Made by a program: the position numbers and the translations under genes
Part shown: one piece after another, positions 1-12,200 of the stretch
How positions within the stretch are numbered: position 1 is the first letter of the stretch
How the letters are laid out: the number at the start of each line of letters is the position of its first letter
The notes under the pieces: model-generated
What the model was told of the DNA's origin: nothing
Seen by the model: the letters and a program-made list of their open reading frames with translations, nothing else
The model's database searches: none
NCBI GenBank assembly: GCA_964035545.1
Contig: OZ037765.1
Span: 5,776,698-5,840,697 of the forward strand
Origin: Bugula neritina
Lineage: Eukaryota; Animalia; Bryozoa
DNA length: 64,000 nt
Direction of reading: 5' to 3'

Positions 1-247
1 TCTGGTAGTTCTACCGAGAGCATGCAACTCTCAAATATGTTTAATGTTGGCATCTTCATATGGTTCATAAGTGTTACATGTAAATAGTGGAATATAACTA
101 ACCATGATTATAACAGCAAGACAAAGATAGAATCTCATAGATCAAAATATTCATGTATGGGACAATAATTACAGTGTTGGTGCACACACCATACATTTAC
201 TAGGGTGTATGTGATGCAGTAGCACAAAATAATGACTATTGACTCAC

Positions 248-3200
248 TTGTCCAACTTTTTTGCACCTATTAGGGGCGTAGGAAGGATCGCAAACCACCA
301 TCTTACACTTGGCCACCTCTTTGTCACTTCTCACGCCAACCACTTCTCCCGTCTCATTGGTCACAATTTCATCACCAGGCTTATCCAACATGTAAGTACC
401 GCCGTAAATTGCACTAAGTCTAGCAAAGCCCTGTGGCAGCTCTCCCAGCCCATACAGTGGGTAGAGATAGGGGCTCTTGCCATACCTGGCCACCGAGTCA
501 CTGTACAGCTTACATCGATGAACCAGCTCCTCTGCCTTTGTTTTCAGGTATCTATAAGAATACAAATAATACTAAATGTCAAAACAATGTTGAAACAGAT
601 GTCACTCGATAGGCAGAGTTTGAAAAACAACATCATATAAAAATGAGATATTTCATCACACGTATGTACTAGTGTTTTCATCAAGATATAACTCGTGCAT
701 TGTAAGAGAATGGTTTCTTGTAGGGCTAAACAGTTTGATGATCAAAAACAAGCTGCATGGAGATGAGGAAATGACAAGTAATAAACTATACAGTAGAAGT
801 AAAGATTACAATTAGAGCCATAATTATATAACATACATGGTGTGATCGCCTAGCACCTTTACAAGATATACTTGAAAACTCTAATCTTATGTTTTTGACT
901 TGATATTATAGCTGAGCCTTTATATAAGGAACAAATACTAAAATTTTGATCATTCTAATTGTTTAAATCCACCAAATGCTCTGAACATATGGCAAACGTG
1001 AAGGCGACTAAGATACTTCTACATAGCTAATTTAGTGATTTTTTAGTCATGGGCCAGATTAAATAAAGGTGCAACTATTTTACTCCATTCTACACTATTC
1101 AATATAGCCTACAATATACACTATTCAATATACAGTACATAATATACAGTATACACTATATATACAGCATACACTATACAGTATACACTATTCAATACTC
1201 ACGAGTCATCTCTGTACAGAGCCACGGCATGTCCTGTGAAGTCCTGCGTGTTTTTATCTACTCCGAAATAATCATACAGGTCTTGACAAGTCTTCTCCTT
1301 GGGATTGAATTTCTTAAAAGTTGAAGGATTTGCTGGGTCGTAGTCGTTGATAAACACCAAGAGATTACGATACTTCCTTTTTTCAAATATTCCCATCAAA
1401 CCTAAAGTTGCGAAAGCAATTCTCCTTCACATTGACATGAATATATCTTAAAATACTTTAGATAGTGAAAGTAAATTACTCTTTCACATTGAAATGAATA
1501 TATCTTTCAAAATTTTATATTGTCAATTTCAGCAAGTAATTCAAAGGCAATAAATTGTACGAAAAGCATTATTTTTGTGCAATATATAACATCCTTTTAG
1601 TAATATACTAAATCAAAATATCAAAGTGCAACCGTTGATTATCCTAAAAGCAAGGACACTAACTTGACCATTTGATAGCATCAGGTAAACTAATTTTCGA
1701 GTTTCAAAAAGAAGCTATTCCATTCGTTGAAATATAAATAGAATTTCAGCTCATGAAGTGTACAGGTAGACACTGTATAGCATAGCCGTATGTCCACTGG
1801 GAATTGCTACTCAAGCTGTATTAAATACAAGCAGCTGCAGTAGAGATTGCATTCTACTTGTTTTGATGATTTAGGTCACACAGCAGAGACTGAAACTAAG
1901 TATATACCAGTAGTTAGAGCTTCTTTCTCAGTAGCTGGCACCTTGTGAGCTTTACCACTCTTGAATACATAGCTGCCCTCCACAGACTTGAACTCCAAGT
2001 ACCTAGTAACTCCAGTATGAACTAGCAGCTTCACCAGCTGACCTACAAACAACCAAAAATATATCAATATATTCAATTTATTATCATTACAGGATGATCC
2101 ACAGCTAACCTAGATAAAATCAATAAATGTGTATAAGCAGACAGGCGGTGGAAGAAGTACATTTGATGATAATACAAGCAGCAGAACTGCATATTATAAT
2201 GATGCTATGCAGACTACTGGAGCAGCTGCTACATCCTTATCTCTCCATCAATACTGTCTCCATATTGTAGTGCAGGCAAGGGCCAACAATTAATTGCCTG
2301 TTAATTACCCTCCTTCTAGCATTCTGTTGCAGTCTGGCAAATAACTGAGTAAATGATTACTGAGAGAGTCAATGTGATAAATTATAAAGAGCAGGGAAAA
2401 GAGAACACCTTACCGTTAGCCATTAGAAACTTAGGGATGAGGTCCACATTCCAGTCTCTTCCTTTGTCGTACTGAGCAGGTGGGGCACCCATGTTGAACT
2501 TGGTGTAAAACTGCAAAATTTAATGTGAAATCAAAATTAAACGCAAATTTGCTTTTTATAGAACATCAACCAAATATATCACAATAACCAATGCCAAGTT
2601 TCTTGCACATTACAAAAACACCACATTTGCTTAAAGTCTCCAACTATATGAGAACCACTGATAACAAGGGTTATTTAAGTAGACTCAAGAATGTGCATAC
2701 AGTGGTAGAGGAGCAGTTATGATTAAAGGTTCTTTCTAACGTCATAAATGGCCATGTTGGGATTTGAATCTAGGCCCTAGTGCACACTAGGCCAGCGCTT
2801 TAACCACTAAACCACAACTACTCCCTTAAAAAAAACTTCCGTTCTATTTGTGGCAAAAAGAAATGGAGCCCAAGTTACTTTCTCTAAAATGTGCTTGTGA
2901 AGCAAATGTGTGCGTCTAACTATATGCAATGTTGACCAAAATCTAACTATGAAAAATATGCTTATCAGATGGAAGCCTCGTGCAGTGGCTCACTAGCCTA
3001 CCTCAGCCAGGGGTGTAATTGAAGCACTCTCCCCTCCATAGTACTTGTTTCTGTCCATGTGCAGCACTTTCTTGCCACTCACCGACAACATTCCACTGAG
3101 AATGCATTCCTTGCAAAATAAAAAAGCATGTTTTTACAATTTCAAAGAGTTGGTGTATAGTTTTCTACAGACTAAAAGCAAGAGAGATTTACAGACTGGC

Positions 3201-4241
3201 TATAAACTATTACACCAGTTTGAAATATTTAATATATGTCTAGATATAATTGTTGATGCTCAATATTATTGGTTGCCACATGTTGACAATAAGCAGTTGA
3301 ACTAGAATATGGGAAAATTTCTCATGTATAGAATTGTATTTTGTTGATGCAGTGTGACAAGAAAATCAATAATGTCATTAGCACTTGGTTTGTCATAATC
3401 TACATCACATATAGAATGGTCTAACACTCTACAATACATAATAAAAAAGGGATTAATGTTCATCAATAGTTACTCATAATCAAACTTATTATGTACTTAG
3501 CAGATAAGGGACAAAGCCATAGCAAGTCAAACAAAGTCAATAGTTAAATAAGTCACGGTAGTCTATATAAAAACTTTATAGTCAAGTTATTAAAATATAT
3601 AATGTATGTTTAAAATTGCATAGAACAAATAGAAATCTGGTAGCAATATGAATAAACAGTAATAACCATAACATTTAAGCTGTATTCAATTGTATGACAT
3701 TGACATTAGTGTTAAAAACTAGATTGTAAAATTTTATATCAGTTGAGACTTGCAAAAAGACAATAAAAACTCTCAGACTCATTAACATTAAGTGATTAAC
3801 TTTTTATTAAGTTTTATGAGCAGATTTGAGCCCAAGAACTTCAAGTACGCAAGTCAAGATGAGTATGGTAATCAGTTATATCTACATAATAGCTATCATT
3901 GTAAATATCAATATGTAAGTATAGGTATAACCAAGTTAAATTAAAAGGTAACATTAAGCTTAAAGTTAATGTTAAAGTAAACATCAAAGTCTCTTTCAAA
4001 ACGGTTAGTTCCACAGTTTCAACTCTAACTACAGACCAAGTAACGGCGTAAGTCAAACTCAATGTGAAGGTCAAGCAGTAATTGAGAGTGAGTAGTCATG
4101 ATGGTGATAATGATGATCGAAAAATTTTTTATGTTATTGTTCAACTTTCGAGTTGAACTTCAACAGCAACATGAATTCATTATTAAAAATACTTACTTTT
4201 AATCCTGTGCCTAAAACAACTACATCATATTCTTCATCCAT
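248..4241 (-). CDS. GDI: Rab GDP dissociation inhibitor, 5' six coding exons (gene continues off the left edge)
   Basis: Exons 4241-4197, 3109-3002, 2510-2414, 2042-1908, 1401-1203 and 551-248 have GT-AG boundaries and stay in frame. They give [49 protein letters not shown]...[41 protein letters not shown]...[30 protein letters not shown], the Rab GDI signature. Confidence 0.97.
1090..1197. repeat. Degenerate short tandem repeat (TACACTATTCAATA / CAGTATACACTATA units) next to the GDI exon-5 donor
   Basis: Repeated cactat(t/a)ca(a/g)tata motifs end ~5 nt from the GT donor at 1202-1201. Confidence 0.6.
2701..2825 (-). mobile_element. tRNA-derived SINE fragment (family A)
   Basis: The minus strand reads gtggtttagtggttaaagcgctggcc...gattcaaatcccaacatggccatttatgacgttagaaagaacctttaatcataactgctcctctaccact. 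This is an A/B-box-like head followed by a core similar to the copy at 16852-16964. Confidence 0.65.
3845..4125. repeat. Cryptic 6-bp-periodic tract in GDI intron 1
   Basis: ttaagc ttaaag ttaatg ttaaag taaaca tcaaag... and aagtca aactca atgtga aggtca. The spurious ORF 3841-4074 shows dipeptide alternation ([17 protein letters not shown]). Confidence 0.7.
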
Positions 4242-6264
4242 GGCTTGGCCAAGTTAATCCTGTCCAAATCCACCAAATGATACTCCTTGAAGAATATGTT
4301 TTCCTCCCACTGTTGAACCAAATACCTACGTAAATGTAGGTGTCAAAATATGGCGAAGAGGAATTAGACCGGACACGGAAGCTATTTTTACAGATACTAC
4401 ACGAGTCGCTGCTGTTTGCTGAGAGCACAAAACTCCTTTATTAGTACCGTTGATGCTTTCAACCATTTAAATACAACTATAATAATATTTTATATGCATT
4501 TTATATATTATATATTATTTATATACAATATATTTTTAATTCAGCAATTCCAACACTCTATAAATAGCGTGTAGCAAAAATATACTGTGTTATAAGAAAT
4601 TATGCACTGAATTACAACACATTCTCGCTTTTATTAAACATTGTGTTTTTATAGGGGCAATGAAGAATGAATCCTGTAGAAATAGTTACTAACTTACTAC
4701 AATGAAGTAACCAAGGTATTATGATAGCTACCAATTATTATTATTAATTTCAATATTTTAGTCTTCTAGAAGTTATAACCACAAAAATAAGATTCACAAA
4801 GTTGCATGGCTATTTGCAAAAGGTCTTTCAGTTATACAACAGGTAAAACCCATAAAAATTTATTTTTGCATAGGAAAATTTTAGCAAAAACTTATTATTC
4901 ACTTGCTATGTTAAATGCGACTGGATTATTTTTGCAAAAGGGCACAGACATGCAAATTTGTTATTCACTTATGTTTATAAATTTTAGTTAGACATTTTCA
5001 TTTAGAATACTACTGTTTCATGCATTTCAAAGATAAATCATTTTCAAAGCTTTGAATATTTGCCGATTTTATTTTGAAAAACCTGTTACTGTGCTTCTAC
5101 TTCAATAATTCATTCCATAAGAGATAACATATTCTAAAAATGCATGAGAGGATTATTTTTTCCAAAGAAGTAGCATTTAAACATTCACAAAAGTAAATAC
5201 AACACAGAAAACGAAACAAAACCAACAGGCATTGCAGCTTCTGCAATTGGTAGAAAATGTTACATAATTTGCAATAGAAGAAACATATATTTCTGCTACA
5301 ACATACTTGCTTTTCGTGTCAATTCTAAACCAAATGTTGAAGCCACACTAGGAGATATGAGACTTCCATAATTAATTGCAACTTGTATCATGCAATATAT
5401 GAAATAAAATGAAGATATATTTTATGCAGTACCAAAGCCATTATATTTTCAAATAGTTTTTCTCTGGTCAACATGCTTTAAGCCTCTGTTCACTTTGAAA
5501 ATTGTATAAAAACATGAGAAGCCTTTATAGTTTAATTTTTTGGAGATTCAAAAGTTATACTTAATGCTTTCAACTACTTGCTTTTCATTTTGTATATAGC
5601 ACATTTACATCAGCATTATTATTCCATGCAAATAAAATAGCCTCGTGTAGAGGGTAGTGGACACAGCCAGCAATGATTTTCTGTACTTATGCCAACACTT
5701 TTCTGTAGGCTCACCAAGCTACATATGGAATAAATACTTTTTGTGAGATGGAGAGCACATTGGACTTCTGACCAATTCCCCAATATTTTGCATTAGAATT
5801 TGAAGGAATGGAAATTTGACACATTCAAGAGATAATAAATACTGAGAAGACTTGAAAATTAAGCAGTTAATGTTATATTTCAGATAGAATTCGGAGGCTA
5901 CAGAGGTTAAGACTGTAAACTCAAGGATGTGGTTTGAAAATTCAAAAAGTACACTTAAATGAGTATAATTATCAGCTGGGATAAGCTTCATAAACACAAC
6001 AAACACTCTGTAGACATAAAGAAATATTGAAAAACAACATTACACGTGCAAAACTGCAAATACACATCATTAAAATTTTAATTTTCAAAATCGTTACTCT
6101 AATAGTTTAATCGTGGTCAGAAAAATGCATCAATATGCTAATTTACAGTAAGTACTAAAACTCCTAACAAAATAACTTTATTTAATATCTGAAAAATGTG
6201 AAAAATTGAGTATTTATGGTACAAGATTATCAAGCACATCTCTTTATATCAACAAAAATATGAC

Positions 6265-9200
6265 TTAAGTAGTGGGACAAGTTTTAGCCACGTCACCAAT
6301 CTTACGGCCTCGACTAATGTTGAAGCTTCTCCCACCAACTCGAACGCTCCGAATGCACCCAACATATTCGTCTGCCATTGACTTGGGTTTATACCTCGAG
6401 CCAATAACTTCTGCAATTGAAAATGTAAGAAATTCATTTCAAATGGTTGAAATCTCTGAATATTTTTAAAAATTTGCTGTCAACAAAATTGTTTCTCAAA
6501 AGCTTTGCAGCATTGCAAGAGCGGCTTTAATCAGTATTTTCACATTCTGAGAATATATGAATACCCTGAAACTAACTTTAAACATACAAAATTAATGTAA
6601 TTATATTCATTTTAAGACACTTATTCATTCAAACATATTTCAATACAAACTGAGAGTAAAATAATTTTATTTAAAGATTTTCTGTTATCTGCCATTGTTT
6701 GTGAAAGAGCTTAATACTTGCTGAATTGACCAATCATAAAGATTTGTGCATGGGAAAATTAACTCTATATCAGAGAGAAAGAAAATGCAATTTACAGTTT
6801 GGAACAATTTCCAACATTGCATGTAGAATATATTCTCATGTTGTACAAAACATATTATTTTGAGCATTAAATATGGTGAGACTAAAGATCTGCAATAAAA
6901 AGGAGTTCGGTGACATTTAACACATGATGTCGGCAGCAACAGAAATAGACAGAGTGATAGTCACCTTGAGTGGGTATGCCGCCAATATACACAGGAGAGT
7001 TAGTGTCCGCTGACTTAGAGGATGCCCCGCCAATGTTGACGGCTTCCAAGGCTTCAGCTGGTGACTCCGTATCCAGAGTTACAATGAGCGTTAAGATATT
7101 CTCATTCTTGATCACTGAAAAATTTAAAAGATTTTCCAAATTGAATATTTACCAAATAAAAAGATAAATTCATCTACTTTAGTAAATACAGTGCAGCTTG
7201 AGCAAACTTATATAAATAGAATAATTGCAAGTCTGAAAACTTGCCATGGCAAAAAATTCCTATGATAAACAGAATAACTTTTGAAATAAACATCAACATA
7301 AAATCAACTACCTACTAACTATAATACATGTAAGAATGCAAGTTAAATAAAGATATTTTCATAAGTTTGAAATCAGTTGATTAACCTTTGATCTTCCTCC
7401 ACTGTCCATCACAGATATCATCGACAACAGCTGCGACTTCTATGTCCCCAGCACCATTGTTCACATTAGCAATTACCTGCCCATTGTACAACTCAATGGC
7501 GAGGTAATCTCCTCCTCCCCATACTAAGAAGACGACTCCCGAGTCCGAACGTGGCCTGACAGAAATCTCAATCTCCGACAATAAACCTATGACAGTCCCG
7601 GTACCTAAAATAAGCGAGTTGAATTTAACACACACTTTTCCTCCAAAGTTTATAAATAGTATTGTAGTAAATTGGACATATAGTATATTCCACATTTTAT
7701 AGTATTTTGGTAAAATGGGAATACAGCAGATCATAAAAAATGACTCGTATGCCATTTGTTAACTAATGCAGTCACATCATACACAGTAAATTTATTGCAG
7801 AAGTAGTCAATATTTTGAGCTTTTGATAAAACATTTCCGATCTGAGTTCTATAAAAACTTATTAAGATTTTTCAGCTAAGTTGAAAATTTTAAGTCGCAA
7901 AGTTCTTCAAGAGAATAAACACCGACAGCCTCATACCGAGAGCTAAGGAGCCGCCAGTGACGGGAATGTATGCTCCATCTTCCTGATTCTCAAAGCACCC
8001 CTCAACGTCTACAGGTTCAAACACTGTGCCATAAGGAACCCACACGGCATCCTTGCCGCGGAACTCCAGCTGGTCAATGCAGCCCACCAGACTAGCAGCA
8101 GACGCCATACCAATCTTCTGAGCCATATACTCATATCTGCCGTCACTCATGTTGAGACCACCCACGTAGAGAGGCAGCTGAAAGTTGAGAGAGGAAGCAG
8201 TGCCAGGCCATTGAACCTCTATTGGTGCTTCCTGGTCTATCAAAAGGTAACCACTAGCAGTCTTGTTTTTGCTTTGTCGGTTAATTTCAATAGTGTGCCA
8301 TTCTCCATCGTTGATAGCATTTTGTGAAGTGGCAGTACCAGATCCAGTTCCTGTCAGACACAACATATACAATATAGCATCTATTAATTTATTATATTCA
8401 TATATTATGTGATATATAAGAAAGGGCTCTGTACAGACGAAGTCATGCCATAAAAGCAATATGATCACACATATTCCTTACCTAAGTTGCATTTGTACAC
8501 AACTTTTCCTTTATCAAGATAAATAGCAGAATAATCTGGACTAGCAGTTGGTTTAGATGTATCCAGAAAGTCTCCAACGAACCAGATCATGCCTTCCATT
8601 GCAAATGTCTTGATTTGCAATCTAACATTATTGCTGAAAGAAAAGATGGTAAAGTTGAAGAATAAAAAATGTTCATATCAACACAAATGTAAAAACTAGA
8701 AACAATAAATTAGCTTTAAGGTTCTAAACAAACTTACTTTCGTCTCAATTCTTTGCGAATGTCAGCTTGAAAGCCGGCAATTGTTGAAAACTCATATCTG
8801 CTGTCTTCACTGAGACCAAACCGTGTGCCTTGTTCCAGAACATTCTCTACATCCGGTTTCTTGGGTAAGACACATGGCTTAGGATCAACAACAGGAGCCA
8901 GGGTAGGGGGTTGTAAACTCTCTAATAATAAGAAAAAGTAATTATTATTATCTAGCAAATAAGATGTGTACTTTGCTTGTTAGATATAAATATAAAATGA
9001 AAAACAGCATAAACTTTTGCCAACACAATGCAAAACGATTTTTAGCGAATACAAAATATTACTCTATCAAGGATAATATCTACTTGCATATGAAATAAAT
9101 TTTAAAAGGTAAAGCCTCTATCAGTAAACATACATATTTATCACATATATGACTCCACTGTGCTTAAAAAACTTTTGCCCCCAATGGGATTTGAACCCGA

Positions 9201-12200
9201 GACCTCTGACTGGCAAGCAGGCGAGTTAAACATTTCACTACAGGGACTACTGGGTAAACTCAACACTGCAGTACTATTAAATATTGCGTCTCAGTTGCAT
9301 ACCTTTGCTGGCTACAATTGTTGTGGTGATGGGCTGATCATCGGGGTCCTCTACAGGACACGTTGAGTAATCAGCATAACCGGTCTCTGGACTCGTGGAA
9401 AAGTCAACCAGCAGATTCAGAATAAACACATCACTCATACAACCAATAAACCGCTGCCAAGTGGCTGAATTGTTGAGGTCTACAATCGAGTCTACTGTAG
9501 CCTGACTGAGCCCTCCAAGATAATAGCCAAATTCTTTAGCTGTTTTTGTCTTTTTTCCACGGTGGTCACTTTCTTTGTCAATGTAGTCATTATCATCTAC
9601 CACGATTCTGAGCCTACAGTTCAATGGATGTATTAGTTTGTAGATTGGAGGATGTTCCATAGTCATTTGCATAAACTGTTTTCAGGTGCTAATTCATGAC
9701 TGGAAACATAACTATACACATGAGTATAAACATAACTATACACATGAGTATAAACATAACTATACACATGAGTATAAGCATAACTATACACATGAGTATA
9801 AGCATAACTATACACATGAGTATAAACATAACTATACACATGAGTCTAGACTATAGACTATAGACTATAGAGTACAGATTATAGATGCTCACACTAGTGA
9901 CTCTTTAACCACACTCATGTGATGCCACGCCCCATCATTGTATGCCTTGACAGTTGCCAACTCATTTCGTTTAGGGTTACCATTCGAGTCCGACCCAGCA
10001 GTATTGACTACTTTAATCGTTCCATTGACCATAGCAATACTGAAGGCGTACATATCATCCGATGATGTAGTATAGAACAGCAGACCGTCTGTAGCTAGAG
10101 TCTTAATTCTCATACTGACTGTGAAGTTCTCTCCCACGGGGAGGATGTCATCTATAACCTGGGAAATACATAGCACAATGTACTCCAGTAGTGGCTACTA
10201 TCTACATTTTATAGCAACACCTATAAGCTGGCTTCAAGCTCCGAAAAAATATCTTAAAATACAACGAAACACATTTGTTGTATTTTAGTTCCTACAAAAA
10301 TTTAGAACTTTTAACATTATGTAGTAGAACAAGATGTTAATCAGAGCAATAAAAGTATGAGAGTAAAGACAACCCAATGAGTATCAAGCTGAGAGACTTA
10401 CATGAACATATCCCTCGTCCGGCTGCCCGGAACTATCGGCAGGAGCTTCCTGGAAGGTGATGCTACGTTTAACCAGCTCTGTACATTGAACAGTTCCTAC
10501 TTTAGCCAAGTAGTCGCCCAATATGTTGATGGGGTTTTGATTTATATTCAGATCGGATATGCAGCCATCAAAATATGGATGATCGATTATTGAATCGCTA
10601 AAATAAATAATATATAATATACTACAAATAGGAAAATATATAGCAAATAGAAATAGTGAGGCTAACAAGTTATTTATAATAAACCGTTAAAAACCACTAT
10701 GGTATATTGACTGCCTACTCATAGCATATATAATATTTAAGAATTGCTTACCCACGGTACATGCAATCTTTGGGAATTGCTGACCCATTATACATGCAAT
10801 ATTTAGGAATTGCTTACCCATTATACATGGAATCTTTGGGGATTCCACCAAGATGCAACTCTGGATTAGCACCAATGTTCAGTTCAGTTGAAGTAGTTGG
10901 CCCTTGCTCTACCACAATCTGATCACCCAACGTAAGTCTCACAATATAGTTCTGTCTCTCCACATGCAGCTCAAACTCTGTTCCATTAGACACAGACTGA
11001 TTTACAGTTGCAGTAATTTCTCCTCCACCGAGCTCAAATGTTACATAAACCTGCAAAACAACATACCTTAAAATTTCTCATAAGAAGGTGCTGGGTATTT
11101 TAGACAGAGTAGAAATAACCGACCAATCAAATACAGCAATCAACAGTGAAACGCCAAATAATTATTAAATTTTAATTGTATAACTAAAACAGCTCCATTA
11201 TTTAAAAAAAAGCAAAAAAAATGTTACTAGCATTGAAATGCAACAAATTTCTTAAAATTATTGAACATGCCGATTGCTAATCACATGAATGAAAACTATA
11301 CAAAAATGATTATTATATAGAATGAGAATTTTACAACAATAATTATTATATAGAATGAGAATTATACAACAATTATTATATAGAATGAGAATTATACAAT
11401 AATTATTATATAGAAACAACATTCTTATTTACCTGTCCACCAGAAATGTAAACCTTAAAATAATCAGGTTTTCCACTCAATCCAGTTCTGTCTTGCCCCA
11501 AAAAGAAAAGGATTCCATCTTTATTGAATGTTTTAAACTTAAGACGCATATCTGACTTCTTAGAAGATGTTAGAAGACCCTTATCAAGTGTTATGTAACT
11601 CTCAGACGAAGCGACAAATCGAACTGAGTCAATCACTTGTGGTGGAAGTTGTCCCCCTCGATCTAGTACAGCTGAAATCAAATACAGTAAAACAATGCAA
11701 ACACTGCTTTTGAAATAAAATACTAAAAAATAATACAACCTTTTACAATATTATTTTCATTTTATCTCATTTTAACAAAGAAATGAAAAGTAAAAATACT
11801 ACACGAACTGCAGAAACTGTGTAACACAAAGTGACTATGCTACTTATAGTTTCTAATCATGTTACTAATAACACATACTTCACATAAAAAACAACAAAAA
11901 ATGAAAGAAGCAATATACTTTAACCAGTAACATAATAATTTAGAAGTGTGTGTATACAGACTAAGACTCTCACGTTTGTCATTAGCTTGGCCGTCAATAA
12001 AGTTCCACAGTCCCAGTCTGATTTTGTTCTCCGAGTACGAGTAATCATCAATGGCACCAATAAAATGCCGGTTTACAACTTCCTCTGGCAAAATAAAGTC
12101 ATCAGGCACTCCGGCAGCATAAATATATGTAGTCTCTGGTAAAAGATCGAGTTGATTATAAACACCGCCGGCAGCGCCTTTAACTTCATCGTCAGCTTCT

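Noticed and set aside
3841-4074. Small hydrophobic or alternating-residue ORFs (also 37035-37250, 45247-45697, 55644-56026)
   Set aside because: They are by-products of 6-bp periodicity or minisatellites in intronic or upstream non-coding DNA, with no supporting gene structure.
6249-6437. ORF-track 62-aa peptide as the laminin C-terminus
   Set aside because: Wrong frame. The phase-1 splice gives EVIGSRY...YVGCIRS...CPTT* ending at 6265, which fits an LG domain end.
9176-9247. Functional tRNA-Gly(GCC) gene
   Set aside because: The D-loop lacks the invariant GG and the anticodon and acceptor stems have mismatches. It is better explained as a SINE head or pseudogene; tRNAscan-SE would settle it.
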